Positions 9,337 to 18,000 of a DNA stretch of 29,780 nt are shown in pieces. The notes beneath the pieces are model-generated. The model ran no database searches and was not told the DNA's origin. It saw nothing but the letters and a program-made list of their open reading frames with translations. Where the stretch lies: contig CAWEHK010000007.1 in NCBI GenBank assembly GCA_963808625.1, forward strand, positions 1 to 29,780, written 5' to 3'. This DNA comes from an uncultured delta proteobacterium. GTDB lineage: Bacteria > Desulfobacterota > Syntrophobacteria > Syntrophobacterales > Syntrophobacteraceae. Numbering within the stretch: position 1 is the stretch's first letter; each line of letters begins with the position of its first letter. A program made the position numbers and the translations under genes.

Positions 9337-10089
9337 ATGAAACAGAAATCACTTCAGTGGCTTGGATGGGGACTTCTGATGGGGCTCGTTCTGGCATTGG
9401 CAACCGGTGGATCGGCTCACGCTGCAGACGGCGTTGCCCGGTACTTTGTGGGAGGGAGTTGTCCATTTACCCTCTTTACCACGTCGAATGACTCATACTT
9501 CATGTACTCATACGCTGAAGAGCTGAGTCCACCCCCGGAATGCGGGAATATAGTGCAGATTGGAATCAACCAGACCGTGAACTGGATCGCTGATCGATCC
9601 CCATTGCAGAATACCACGTTTGCTCCGGGCGATTGGGGCTATACTTTTGACTGGGCGATAACGATGTCGCCTGAGGCGCTCGGTCTCTCCAGTATTGCTT
9701 GTTACAAATACGCTATATCGCCAGGGATTTTCGATTCGTCTGGGAACTTTGCCCTGCTGGGTACTTCACTCTCTGGACCCTTCCCGCCCTCTCCCCTCAA
9801 TGGTACGCTTCAGGGAATTATCAACCTCCCTTCATTCACCGTACCGGAGGGCTCCCGCTTTGGGGTGAGCTTTCTTTTTGGCGGGCGCGTTGGCTGCCCG
9901 CCGGCACTGCTCAGCATTACCACCGGCAACACGGTGAGGCTCTCCGCCACAGAGTCGGTCCCGCCGTATCCGCTCTCCTTATTTGGTGCCGTTCCCACGT
10001 TCACCCAATGGGGATTGTTGCTCATGTCCATCCTGATTGCCATGGTCGGCGTCTGGGCCGCAAGGAAGCGGGCGAAGGCACAGAGCTAG
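9337..10089 (+). CDS. Secreted protein with C-terminal IPTL-CTERM (IPTLxxWG) sorting domain
   Basis: Signal peptide ending SAHA; C-terminus AVPTFTQWGLLLMSILIAMVGVWAARKRAK (motif, TM helix, basic tail); GGAGG RBS. Confidence 0.88.
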   Translation: MKQKSLQWLGWGLLMGLVLALATGGSAHAADGVARYFVGGSCPFTLFTTSNDSYFMYSYAEELSPPPECGNIVQIGINQTVNWIADRSPLQNTTFAPGDWGYTFDWAITMSPEALGLSSIACYKYAISPGIFDSSGNFALLGTSLSGPFPPSPLNGTLQGIINLPSFTVPEGSRFGVSFLFGGRVGCPPALLSITTGNTVRLSATESVPPYPLSLFGAVPTFTQWGLLLMSILIAMVGVWAARKRAKAQS

Positions 10090-10097
10090 AACAGGAC

Positions 10098-10184
10098 CTC
10101 ATCCGGGAACCTTGATTTGTGGGGCGGGCTTTCCAGCCCGCCATGGCAGAGCGGTCTGCCGGCAGGCCGGAATCTCGCCTCGCA
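10098..10184. repeat. Divergent member of the GTAG-type REP family; possible terminator between convergent genes
   Basis: CTCATCCGGGAACCTTGATTTGTGGGGCGGGCTTTCCAGCC resembles CCATCCGGAAACCCCATTTTGTAGGAGGGGCTTCCAGCC at 2617. Hairpins GCGGGCT-TTCC-AGCCCGC and GGCAGA-GCGG-TCTGCC. Confidence 0.65.
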
Positions 10185-10272
10185 ATGCCTTTGTTCTTCC
10201 TCAAACAGTGCTTGCAGAAGCAGTCTTTAGCCAAAGACGGTCACATCGCCAAACCCTCCCTTACAATACCCG

Positions 10273-12072
10273 TCAGGCAACCGGCAGTTGGTGGATTTCA
10301 GGGCATTCCCGCATCACCTTATCCAGCGAGTCACCCACAATGACATGGCCTTGGTGAAGCAGGAAGATCTTGCTGCAAAGCTTCAGCGCCTGCAAGCGGT
10401 GAGAAACGAGGATCAGGGTGGTCTGCCGGCAGCAGGCGTGAAGCGACTGGATGAGGAGTCTTTCGGTATGAGTGTCCAGGGCTGAGGTAGCTTCATCGAA
10501 AATCAGGACAGCAGGTTCCCGGTAGAGGGCGCGCGCGATGGCCAAACGCTGCCGTTCGCCCCCGGAGAGCCGCGTCCCCCGCTCGCCAACAACTGAATCC
10601 AGCCCCTGCGGGAGAGAAGCGACAAAACCTTCGAGCTGTGCCAGGCGGATGGCAGTCCGGAGCTTTTCGCCATTCACCTCATGATCGGGGACCCCCAAGG
10701 CCACATTCCTTCCCAGCGAATCGTCGATCAGATAAGGATGCTGGGGAACGTAACCAACGCCCCGGCGCCAGTTTGCCAGCTGTTGCTGAAGGCTCTCGCC
10801 GTCAAGCAGAATCGCTCCCGAGGTGGGACGCAGCAAACCCAGCATCAGGTCCAGGAACGTACTTTTCCCCGCCCCCGTGGGACCGGCAATACCGATTGAT
10901 TCACCCCATCGGACCTCGACATTGACCCCTTCGAGGACCGGAGGTCGTCGGTTCGGATAGGCAAAGGAGACCTCTTCAAAGCGCAGCCCTTCTGCAAAAC
11001 GCAGCGCTCTGTTGCCGGGACCCCGGGTGGATGTGACCTCGCGGCCAATGCCAAAGGCATTGAAATCTCTCGCTAACAGGCTGACATCAGTCCCCCCGTA
11101 GCGGATGTTGTTGAGGTACATGATCAGCCGATTGGCCGAGGGGATGGCCCGGAATCCCGCGTAAGCCAGCAGGCCGAGAAGGGCTACCGCATTCTGGTAA
11201 TCGGTCAGGTGACCGAAGGTTGAAAAGACAATTCCCAAAGGAATGCAGACGAAAACGGTTTCTACGAGCAGGCGGGGGATGGCGTTGAGGGTGGCGTGCC
11301 ATTCCCGCACCCGGGAGAGACTGTTCAGATGGTTTTGCAGGACCTCGAAGGAATAATCTTCCCGCGCCATGACCTTGATCTCCTTGATCCCACCGAGCGC
11401 TTGTTGGATGGTCTTCAAAACATCCTCTCTCAGGGTCTGCTCTTTCCCTCCCAACTTAAAAAAAAGGCGATGGGTTACGAACAGCAGCGAACCCAACAGG
11501 CAGGTCAGCAATAGTACCGCGACCATGGTCATGCCGGGTGCTGCCGCCAGGAGGACCCCAATGATCGCCGCCAGGACCAGGACCTCGGAGATGAGGGAAA
11601 CCGTCGATTCCAGAACCATGTGAACGGCACTGTCCGTGCAACGGATGATACGGTTGATGAGGTCCGCAGAATTCCTTTCGAGGTGGAAGAGATAGGGTGC
11701 CTTGAGATAATTGCGGAAGAGTTGGCCAGCCAGCATGGCGATGGCCCGACTGGTGAGACGTGAACGGAGGAACGCGAAACCCATCAGATACACGTTCTTG
11801 AAAACATAAAAAGCGGCCACAAGGAAGGCGAAGAAGAAGACCGTGGTCTTGCCGTCGGTCCCTGATACGGCCACATAAAGGCCGGAAATAAAAGGGATAT
11901 CCAGAATCTTGGACGGATCTGCAAGGATTTTGAGGAGGCAGAAGATGGCGCCTGCCCCAATGGCCTCGGCGATGGCTTCCACCAGCGACAGCGGGACCAG
12001 GGCGGCCCATTGGAAGCGCCTCCGAAGGTCGAGCAGGAGGAAGGCTTCTTTGATCGTTCTATACATGGCCAT
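10273..12072 (-). CDS. ABC exporter (TMD+NBD), PglK/WlaB-like lipid-linked oligosaccharide flippase
   Basis: N-terminal TM bundle with YLFHLERNSADL; GPTGAGKST Walker A, GYVPQ Q-loop, LSGGERQR signature, IFDEATSALD. Context: overlaps a GT4 gene and lies near the OST. Confidence 0.85.
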   Translation of the reverse strand: MAMYRTIKEAFLLLDLRRRFQWAALVPLSLVEAIAEAIGAGAIFCLLKILADPSKILDIPFISGLYVAVSGTDGKTTVFFFAFLVAAFYVFKNVYLMGFAFLRSRLTSRAIAMLAGQLFRNYLKAPYLFHLERNSADLINRIIRCTDSAVHMVLESTVSLISEVLVLAAIIGVLLAAAPGMTMVAVLLLTCLLGSLLFVTHRLFFKLGGKEQTLREDVLKTIQQALGGIKEIKVMAREDYSFEVLQNHLNSLSRVREWHATLNAIPRLLVETVFVCIPLGIVFSTFGHLTDYQNAVALLGLLAYAGFRAIPSANRLIMYLNNIRYGGTDVSLLARDFNAFGIGREVTSTRGPGNRALRFAEGLRFEEVSFAYPNRRPPVLEGVNVEVRWGESIGIAGPTGAGKSTFLDLMLGLLRPTSGAILLDGESLQQQLANWRRGVGYVPQHPYLIDDSLGRNVALGVPDHEVNGEKLRTAIRLAQLEGFVASLPQGLDSVVGERGTRLSGGERQRLAIARALYREPAVLIFDEATSALDTHTERLLIQSLHACCRQTTLILVSHRLQALKLCSKIFLLHQGHVIVGDSLDKVMRECPEIHQLPVA

Positions 12073-13322
12073 CCACGGCGGCGGTGGTGCGGATCAGATG
12101 ATCAAGCCGAAGGCCAAAGACCTCCTTCGAGAACAACGCGGAAGCCCGCTTCTGTGCGGCAACTCCCAGCCCGGCGGCTCGTCGCGGATCGTGAATCAGC
12201 CCGGCGATGGCCTCAGCAAAAGCTTGAGGGGTTGGGTCCGAGAGGCATCCAGTGAGGCCGTCCTCAACGATTCCGAGGGCCCCCCCGGTTCACGGCAATA
12301 ACCGCTTTCCTCGCCGCCATGGCTTCGACGATCCCGATACCGAAATGCTCTTCGACACTGGTATAGACGAGGCAGAAACAGTCCTGCAGGAGCTGCCGGC
12401 GGTGTCCATCGGTCACGTTGAGGAGGAAATCCACGCTTCCCTCCAGATTCAAGCGTCGTGACAGTCCCACCAGGCCCTGCCAGGTCCGCCGCTGCTCGAC
12501 GAGGCGCTCGTCACAGCCCCCAACCATCGTCAGCCTCACCAAGGCAAAAACGTCCGGGGGTAAGAGCTCTCGCAAGCAGGCCAGCGATTCCAGCGCGAGC
12601 TGCAGATTCTTGCGGGGGTCAAAGCGGTTGACGGAGAGAATGGTCAAGGGATCCGGGCCTGAGTTCACCGATGGGTCCGGAAGATGCTGTTCCCGATTCA
12701 TATAGGCTTTTACGTCAACGCCGGGATGGAGCACTTCGATGCGCCTGGTCCTGAGGGATGGAAAAGTCCGAAGGAGAACCTCCCTGGTGAAAAGGCTATT
12801 GACGAGGACCATGTGCGCCATCGCGATCCCCGCCTGTTCGAAGTAGTCGAGAGGGAGGCGATAGAGATTGTACCAGGGGTTTCGCGGTGGAGTCAGAAAG
12901 ACGTCGGGAAAATGACAGTAGTAGAGCACTCTGGCTTTGGCAAAGCAACGCAGGAAGGGAATCACGTGCGGTACGAGATCGCAGAAAACCACGTCGGGTC
13001 CCATCTTTTCCCTGATCATAGCCCCAATGAGAAACCCCATGCGGGCGAGCATGCACGGGACCCTTAGATGACCGGCAATGCTTAATGGCATGGGCACTCT
13101 CGGCTGCCGTACAGTCAGGGGATACCCTTTTGGAACCTTATCCCTTGTCTCGCTGAGGCACCGTGAAGGATCGGCGCGGGCGGTCAGGATCGTTACCTCG
13201 TGACCGCGTTCGCGCAGCGCCAGGGCTGCGTCCACCACCAGCCGCTCCGAACCCCCGATACCGAGCTCCGGGTGGATAACCACAATCTTTAAAGACCTCG
13301 AAGGTCGGTGTGAGTCACCCAT
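12059..13322 (-). CDS. GT4 glycosyltransferase, ALG2-like (frameshift near 12272-12286)
   Basis: HPELGIGGSERLVVDAALAL, LYYCHFPDVFLT, YRLPLD, LVNSLFT, TFPSL, LSVNRFDPRKNLQLALE, GGCDER, EHFGIGIVEAM, AVNRGGP. The continuation IVEDGLTGCLSDPTPQAFAEAI..DGHV* ends at 12059 and overlaps the ABC start codon. Confidence 0.9.
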
Positions 13323-13380
13323 CAGCCGGTCACACCAAGCCTTCGGTCGCTTCTCGCTTCTCCGGGGGCTTCGTCCATAA

Positions 13381-13432
13381 CATATACCACTTTTCTGAAA
13401 GGACGTTTTTTTAACCTTGATAAGTATACCAC
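13381..13432 (-). promoter_or_regulatory. Two extended -10-like elements (TGGTATACT, TGGTATATG) facing the ALG2-like/ABC operon
   Basis: TATACCAC occurs at 13383 and 13425 on the + strand in the divergent intergenic region. Confidence 0.4.
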
Positions 13433-13492
13433 AACTCTGCCATAAGCAGCCAATAAGGCTTACGGTTTGAAAGGAATCCTTGATTTCTATCC

Positions 13493-15733
13493 GTGGAGGT
13501 TCGAGAGACTTTCGCTATGGCCTGCGTTCCCGAAGTTTCTGGTGGTGAGACCATTGAGCATCGAGCCTCCCGAAGCAATTGGTGGTGGTTTCTCCTTCCT
13601 TTTCTGGCTTTCATGCTCAGCTTCGGGATCAGATTGCTCGACCTTCGTGCCTGGCAGTCGCCGGAATTTTGGGCCTATGGCGAACGGCTCGCGACAAATG
13701 CTGACAGTTATGGATGGTATGCCGGCGCCGAGCGGATCAACCATCTTTCCAACCAATTCCTGGCCGGGCTGCTGCGATGCCTTCACGATAGCACCGGATG
13801 GAACATCGGAGAAATCGGTTTCTGGTTGCCGGCCTTTGTTGCTTCCCTGTCGGCGATTCCGCTTTGCCTGCTGGCAGTGGGCTGGGGCGTTCCCGAAGGA
13901 GCGCTGCTCACCGGGGTGCTGGGGGGGGCCGCGGTCCCCTACCTGATTCGAACTCGTCTCGGGGCCCCGGACATGGATGTGCTGACGCTCTTCTTCCCTA
14001 TGACCATTGCCTTGTTGCTGTTGCTCTGGATGAAGGCCGCCGGCAGTATGGCTGAGAATTCAAATTGCGTGCAGTCCCCGGTTTCAAGAATCCCCCCCTG
14101 TCCCCCCTTTGCAAAAGGGGGGGATCAAAATTCCCGCTTCTTTCTCTTCGCCTTTCTTACCGGACTCATGGCGAAGCTTTATCTTCTGCTGTATCCGGGC
14201 GGGTTGCCCATTTTGGCGAGCTTGCTTGGCTGTGCCGGGGTGTTGGTCCTTCTCCCCTGGAGCGCCAGGAAAGCCTTGGTTTACGCTGTGGGGCTCATGG
14301 CCATTCTTGCCCTCGGTACCGGGGGTTGGTTTGCTTTTGTGCTCGTTGCGGCCATCATGATCCCGGGAATCTTCCGGCCGCAAATCATCTCGAGGGAGAA
14401 GGCGCTTGTCATTATTCCGGTCCTGCTCCTGGCAGTCTTCATCCTGGACACTGATTTGTCCGGGAAGATCTCCCAGGCATGGTCCGATGTCCTCCGCTAC
14501 GGCCGCCGGTTGAACCCTGGCGCCTCGGTTCACATTCCTCCCACGATTATGACCGTGAGTGAGGCCGTCCTGGTGAATCTGCACGCCACAGTCAGAATGA
14601 TTGCCGGCAATTGGGTCATTTTCACGCTCGGCTTGACCGGGTATTTTTACCTGATACGCCAGCGTTGGCACCTGCTGATTTTTCTTCCCCTGCTGATCCT
14701 GGCTATGGGCAGCATCAGATTTGGTGTCCGCTTCAGTATGTATGGGGGTTGCGTGATCGGGCTCGGTTTGGGTTGCGGTCTGGCCCTGATGATGCGGGAC
14801 TTGCGCCTGCCGGCGATGCTGCGATGGGTCCTCTCAGCCAGCCTTCTGGCCTTCTTTCTATGGGACATGGTTGATACGATGAAAGTGTTCAAACCGGTCC
14901 CGGTCGTCTCGAAAGACTTTGCTCAGGCGCTCACGGACATCAAGGAAGACGTCCAACCGGATGCGCAATTTTGGGTCTGGTGGGATTTCGGTTATCCTGT
15001 GCAATATTTTGCCGAGCGGCGGACGTTTGCGGATGGGAGTCGGAACAGTGGCGAATATCTGGTTCCCCTCGCGCGCATCCTGACTAGCGACTCTCCGCGC
15101 CATGCCAGGGATTTGATAATCTTTACCGCTCAGGCCCAATTGACTTCCGGCCCGGAAAGGCATCCTCCAACAAAAGTCCCCCTGTTTCCAAACCCCTTCT
15201 TGAACCTGCTCCACCAATTGGACCCGGCGCAGGCGCAGAAGCTGATCGAAGGGCCGGCAAACCATCCCATCGGTCCCGGCGTTGCCCTTCCGCCTCAATA
15301 TGTGGTGGTTTCCTGGGAGACCGTGGGATTGGCTCCGATCATCAGCAGCTTCGGCACCTGGAACCTCGTTGACGGCTCCTACCGGGCCGGCGGGATGTTC
15401 CGTCTCGCTCAAGCCAGCCCCGTCGACCTTGAGGAAGGGGTCCTGGAAGCAAATGAAGAGCGCATCCCGATAGCCCACCTTGATGTCCTCTCACAGGCGG
15501 GCAACCGGCATTTTGAATGGCCTGGAAACCAGACCGGCTGGTCGGTTTTGGCCAACAGCGAAAACAATATGGGCCTGATCATCGAGAGCAGGCTCTATTC
15601 CTCACTGATGGTGCAGATGCTCATTGCGGGTCCTGAGAAAATGATGCCATACTTTGATCTGGTCCTCGACCGTTCGCCCTTTGTGAGAATTTTCCGGGTC
15701 CGTGATAACGACAACGATTGGAAGAGTCATTGA
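13493..15733 (+). CDS. pglB: STT3/PglB-family oligosaccharyltransferase
   Basis: Multi-TM N-terminal domain with TNADSY, RTRLGAPDMD (DxD), TVSE (TIxE/SVSE) and GVRF; C-terminal soluble domain with WWDFG (WWDxG) and TFADG. Start is GTG 13493 or ATG 13517. Confidence 0.93.
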   Translation: MEVRETFAMACVPEVSGGETIEHRASRSNWWWFLLPFLAFMLSFGIRLLDLRAWQSPEFWAYGERLATNADSYGWYAGAERINHLSNQFLAGLLRCLHDSTGWNIGEIGFWLPAFVASLSAIPLCLLAVGWGVPEGALLTGVLGGAAVPYLIRTRLGAPDMDVLTLFFPMTIALLLLLWMKAAGSMAENSNCVQSPVSRIPPCPPFAKGGDQNSRFFLFAFLTGLMAKLYLLLYPGGLPILASLLGCAGVLVLLPWSARKALVYAVGLMAILALGTGGWFAFVLVAAIMIPGIFRPQIISREKALVIIPVLLLAVFILDTDLSGKISQAWSDVLRYGRRLNPGASVHIPPTIMTVSEAVLVNLHATVRMIAGNWVIFTLGLTGYFYLIRQRWHLLIFLPLLILAMGSIRFGVRFSMYGGCVIGLGLGCGLALMMRDLRLPAMLRWVLSASLLAFFLWDMVDTMKVFKPVPVVSKDFAQALTDIKEDVQPDAQFWVWWDFGYPVQYFAERRTFADGSRNSGEYLVPLARILTSDSPRHARDLIIFTAQAQLTSGPERHPPTKVPLFPNPFLNLLHQLDPAQAQKLIEGPANHPIGPGVALPPQYVVVSWETVGLAPIISSFGTWNLVDGSYRAGGMFRLAQASPVDLEEGVLEANEERIPIAHLDVLSQAGNRHFEWPGNQTGWSVLANSENNMGLIIESRLYSSLMVQMLIAGPEKMMPYFDLVLDRSPFVRIFRVRDNDNDWKSH
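14090..14125. repeat. Palindromic C/G-run element in frame within the OST gene
   Basis: ATCCCCCCCTGTCCCCCCTTTGCAAAAGGGGGGGAT, read as IPPCPPFAKGGD in a loop between hydrophobic segments. Confidence 0.7.
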
Positions 15734-16926
15734 CCAACGAATCTGGAAGCCCCTGTGCACCGGCTGGAGTGCGCGAAATCGTCCCGCCGGAGGACGCCAC
15801 CATCCTCGTATGCTGCGGCGATACGGCCGGCCACCTCTTCATGGCGGCCGCAGTGGCGGATATTATCAAGGAGCACTGGCCTTGGCGCGAGATTGTCTTT
15901 GTCGGAGCAAGAGGCCGCGTGCCCATCGAGGATTTGTTGGGACCAGAGGGAAAGATTCACCTTCTCAGAATATCCCCGTTCGAACGCAACAACCTTGCAG
16001 CCAACGTCTTATTGCCCTGGAAGATGGGCCTTAGCATGGTGCAGTCCTTTCAGCTCCTGAAAAAATACCGACCGGCATTGGTGATCGGTTTGGGCGGGTA
16101 CCCCAGCGGGCCGCTGCTTGTTACCGCCGCGTTGCGCCGGGTCCCGTCCCTCATCATCGAGCCCAACTATGTCCCGGGACTCACCAACACTCTGCTCAAA
16201 AGTGGAGTCGATCGCATCTGTGTGTCTTTCCTGGACACCATGAGGCGATTTCCAGAGAGAAAGACGGTTTGCACGGGGACTCCCATAAGAAAATCCATCC
16301 TCAGCACCAGCGTCCGTCGGGAAGAGGCATGCGCGAGGCTGCAACTCAGCCCGAATTTGAAAACGCTGCTGATCGTCGGGGGCAGCCTGGGCTCCGACTC
16401 GCTCAATCGGATGGTGCTGAAGAGCATGACTCCTCTCTCAGAGGAGCAAGACCTTCAGTTCTTGTGGCAAACCGGTGACCAGTACTTCGAACGAATCCAA
16501 AATGCCGTTGCCCAGAGGGGTATTGGTCGGTGCCGCGTGGTGCCGTTCATCGAACACATGGCAGAAGCCTACCGTGCTGCCGACCTCGTCGTTTCTGCGG
16601 CAGGGGCGGTTACCCTGGCGGAACTTGCCTGCCTGGGCAAGCCGATGATTGTCATTCCCTCGCAAGAGGTGACGGCCAATCATCAATTCATGAACGCTCG
16701 CTACTACGCGGCAAAGGGAGCATGCGTAATGATTTCCTCCCGGGATACGGGTTGCGTCCTGGCAGCAAGAACCATGGAGATGCTCCACAGCGAAAGAGAA
16801 CTCAAGAGGCTGGCGGAGAGGGCCAAAGCCGCAGCACATCCCTTTGCCAACACCAGGATCGGAACGGAAATCGAAAAGTTATTATGGAACAGGCGCCGGG
16901 CTTTGACAAACTTCCTGGAAACATGA
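15730..16926 (+). CDS. MurG-like GT28 UDP-GlcNAc transferase (orphan paralog outside a dcw cluster)
   Basis: CGDTAGHLF, GLGGYPSGP, EPNYVPGLTN, TGTPIR, GGSLGS, WQTG, FIEHMAEAYRAADLVVSAAGAVTLAE, HQFMNA. TTG 15730 overlaps the OST stop codon. Confidence 0.9.
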   Translation: MTNESGSPCAPAGVREIVPPEDATILVCCGDTAGHLFMAAAVADIIKEHWPWREIVFVGARGRVPIEDLLGPEGKIHLLRISPFERNNLAANVLLPWKMGLSMVQSFQLLKKYRPALVIGLGGYPSGPLLVTAALRRVPSLIIEPNYVPGLTNTLLKSGVDRICVSFLDTMRRFPERKTVCTGTPIRKSILSTSVRREEACARLQLSPNLKTLLIVGGSLGSDSLNRMVLKSMTPLSEEQDLQFLWQTGDQYFERIQNAVAQRGIGRCRVVPFIEHMAEAYRAADLVVSAAGAVTLAELACLGKPMIVIPSQEVTANHQFMNARYYAAKGACVMISSRDTGCVLAARTMEMLHSERELKRLAERAKAAAHPFANTRIGTEIEKLLWNRRRALTNFLET

Positions 16927-17019
16927 CCGAAGAGAGCATCACGGCATCACCGACATTCCAGTCATCGCCCTCATGGACATCATCAATCATCGCCGCTTTC
17001 GGACAAACATCAGTACCTG

Positions 17020-17661
17020 TCAAGGATTGGGCCTCTGGCCTCTTGGGCCGATATGACGCCTCGTGAAGAGGGTGACATACCAATCAGACTTCAAAATTTC
17101 AGCGCCGAGTTTCAACTTAAATCGCACGGCAGGAGTGTTGAAACGCTCACTAATACTGTAAAGTTTAGTCCGGCCCTTCCGGGCCAATTCCTCGTATAGG
17201 CGATATCGGAGAGCTGGGGCCACTCCCTGCCCGCGTAACTCAGGGGCGGTATATGCGTCAAAGAGATAAGCCTCATCATCCTTAAGTGGAAACAAGTAGC
17301 CTGCAGTCTTACACCAAGTCAGGTTACACCATGTAAAAGCCGCCAAATGGGCGGCGCGTTTTGCACCGAGACAGAGGTTCCCGGCTTTCAATCGGCCCTC
17401 CAGTTCCTCATAGCGGAACGGCCTATACGGTATTCGCGCCATCTCCGTCATGTCCTCCAGTCCCAGAAACTCGACTTCATAATCCTCAAGCACATCCTGG
17501 CACGGCCGGGCAACACCTGCGACGATTCCTTCTCGGATAAGGTAAATGAGGCGGATCTGGATCCCTAACTTGTCAAGACCGTCGATGAAGAGGCGGGGTA
17601 GAGGGCTGTAACGGACCTTGTCTCGAAGGTGTTTGGGATAGCTCGTTCGGTTGGGCGACAT
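17020..17661 (-). CDS. GNAT family acetyltransferase
   Basis: AYLFDAYTAPELRGQGVA (acetyl-CoA motif A) and NTPAVRFKLKLG (motif B). Confidence 0.85.
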   Translation of the reverse strand: MSPNRTSYPKHLRDKVRYSPLPRLFIDGLDKLGIQIRLIYLIREGIVAGVARPCQDVLEDYEVEFLGLEDMTEMARIPYRPFRYEELEGRLKAGNLCLGAKRAAHLAAFTWCNLTWCKTAGYLFPLKDDEAYLFDAYTAPELRGQGVAPALRYRLYEELARKGRTKLYSISERFNTPAVRFKLKLGAEILKSDWYVTLFTRRHIGPRGQRPNP

Positions 17662-17782
17662 CTTCGATAATTCCTTTTCGGATGAGCTGCTAGGAGATCG
17701 CTATTTGAGGCTTTTCGGGTAGCAAGTGCGGTCGATTCTGTCAAGGACATATTTCTTTGGAACGAAGAAGGTTGAATCCCTG

Positions 17783-17810
17783 TTGACACGTCATCGCCTG
17801 CAGCTATACT
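17783..17810 (+). promoter_or_regulatory. Sigma70-type promoter upstream of the BKACE gene
   Basis: TTGACA (17783-17788), 16-nt spacer, TATACT (17805-17810). Confidence 0.65.
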
Positions 17811-18000
17811 CAACTTGCCCATGGGTCAAGAAAACGGGGCAAGAAACAAGCAAGGACCCTCAGGCTACTGGGCAAGAGTAAAATCCATCGAAAACCCCGG
17901 TCCGCCGCCGTAAACCGCAGCACAACCCTCCTCCGTGGGGCATTTGAGGCAGGCATCTTTACGAAGACCAGGCCCCCCCTGGGATGGAGAGGCAAGAGGG

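Noticed and set aside
9125..9340. 71-aa hydrophobic ORF before the IPTL-CTERM gene
   Set aside because: The hydrophobicity follows from a T-rich intergenic tract; more likely a promoter or leader region.
15730..16926. Calling this gene the housekeeping murG
   Set aside because: No dcw context and altered conserved loops, so the symbol is withheld.
16923..17066. 47-codon ORF overlapping the MurG-like stop codon (ATGA)
   Set aside because: Ser/Thr-rich with no recognisable motif, and it overlaps the convergent GNAT gene; cannot be supported.
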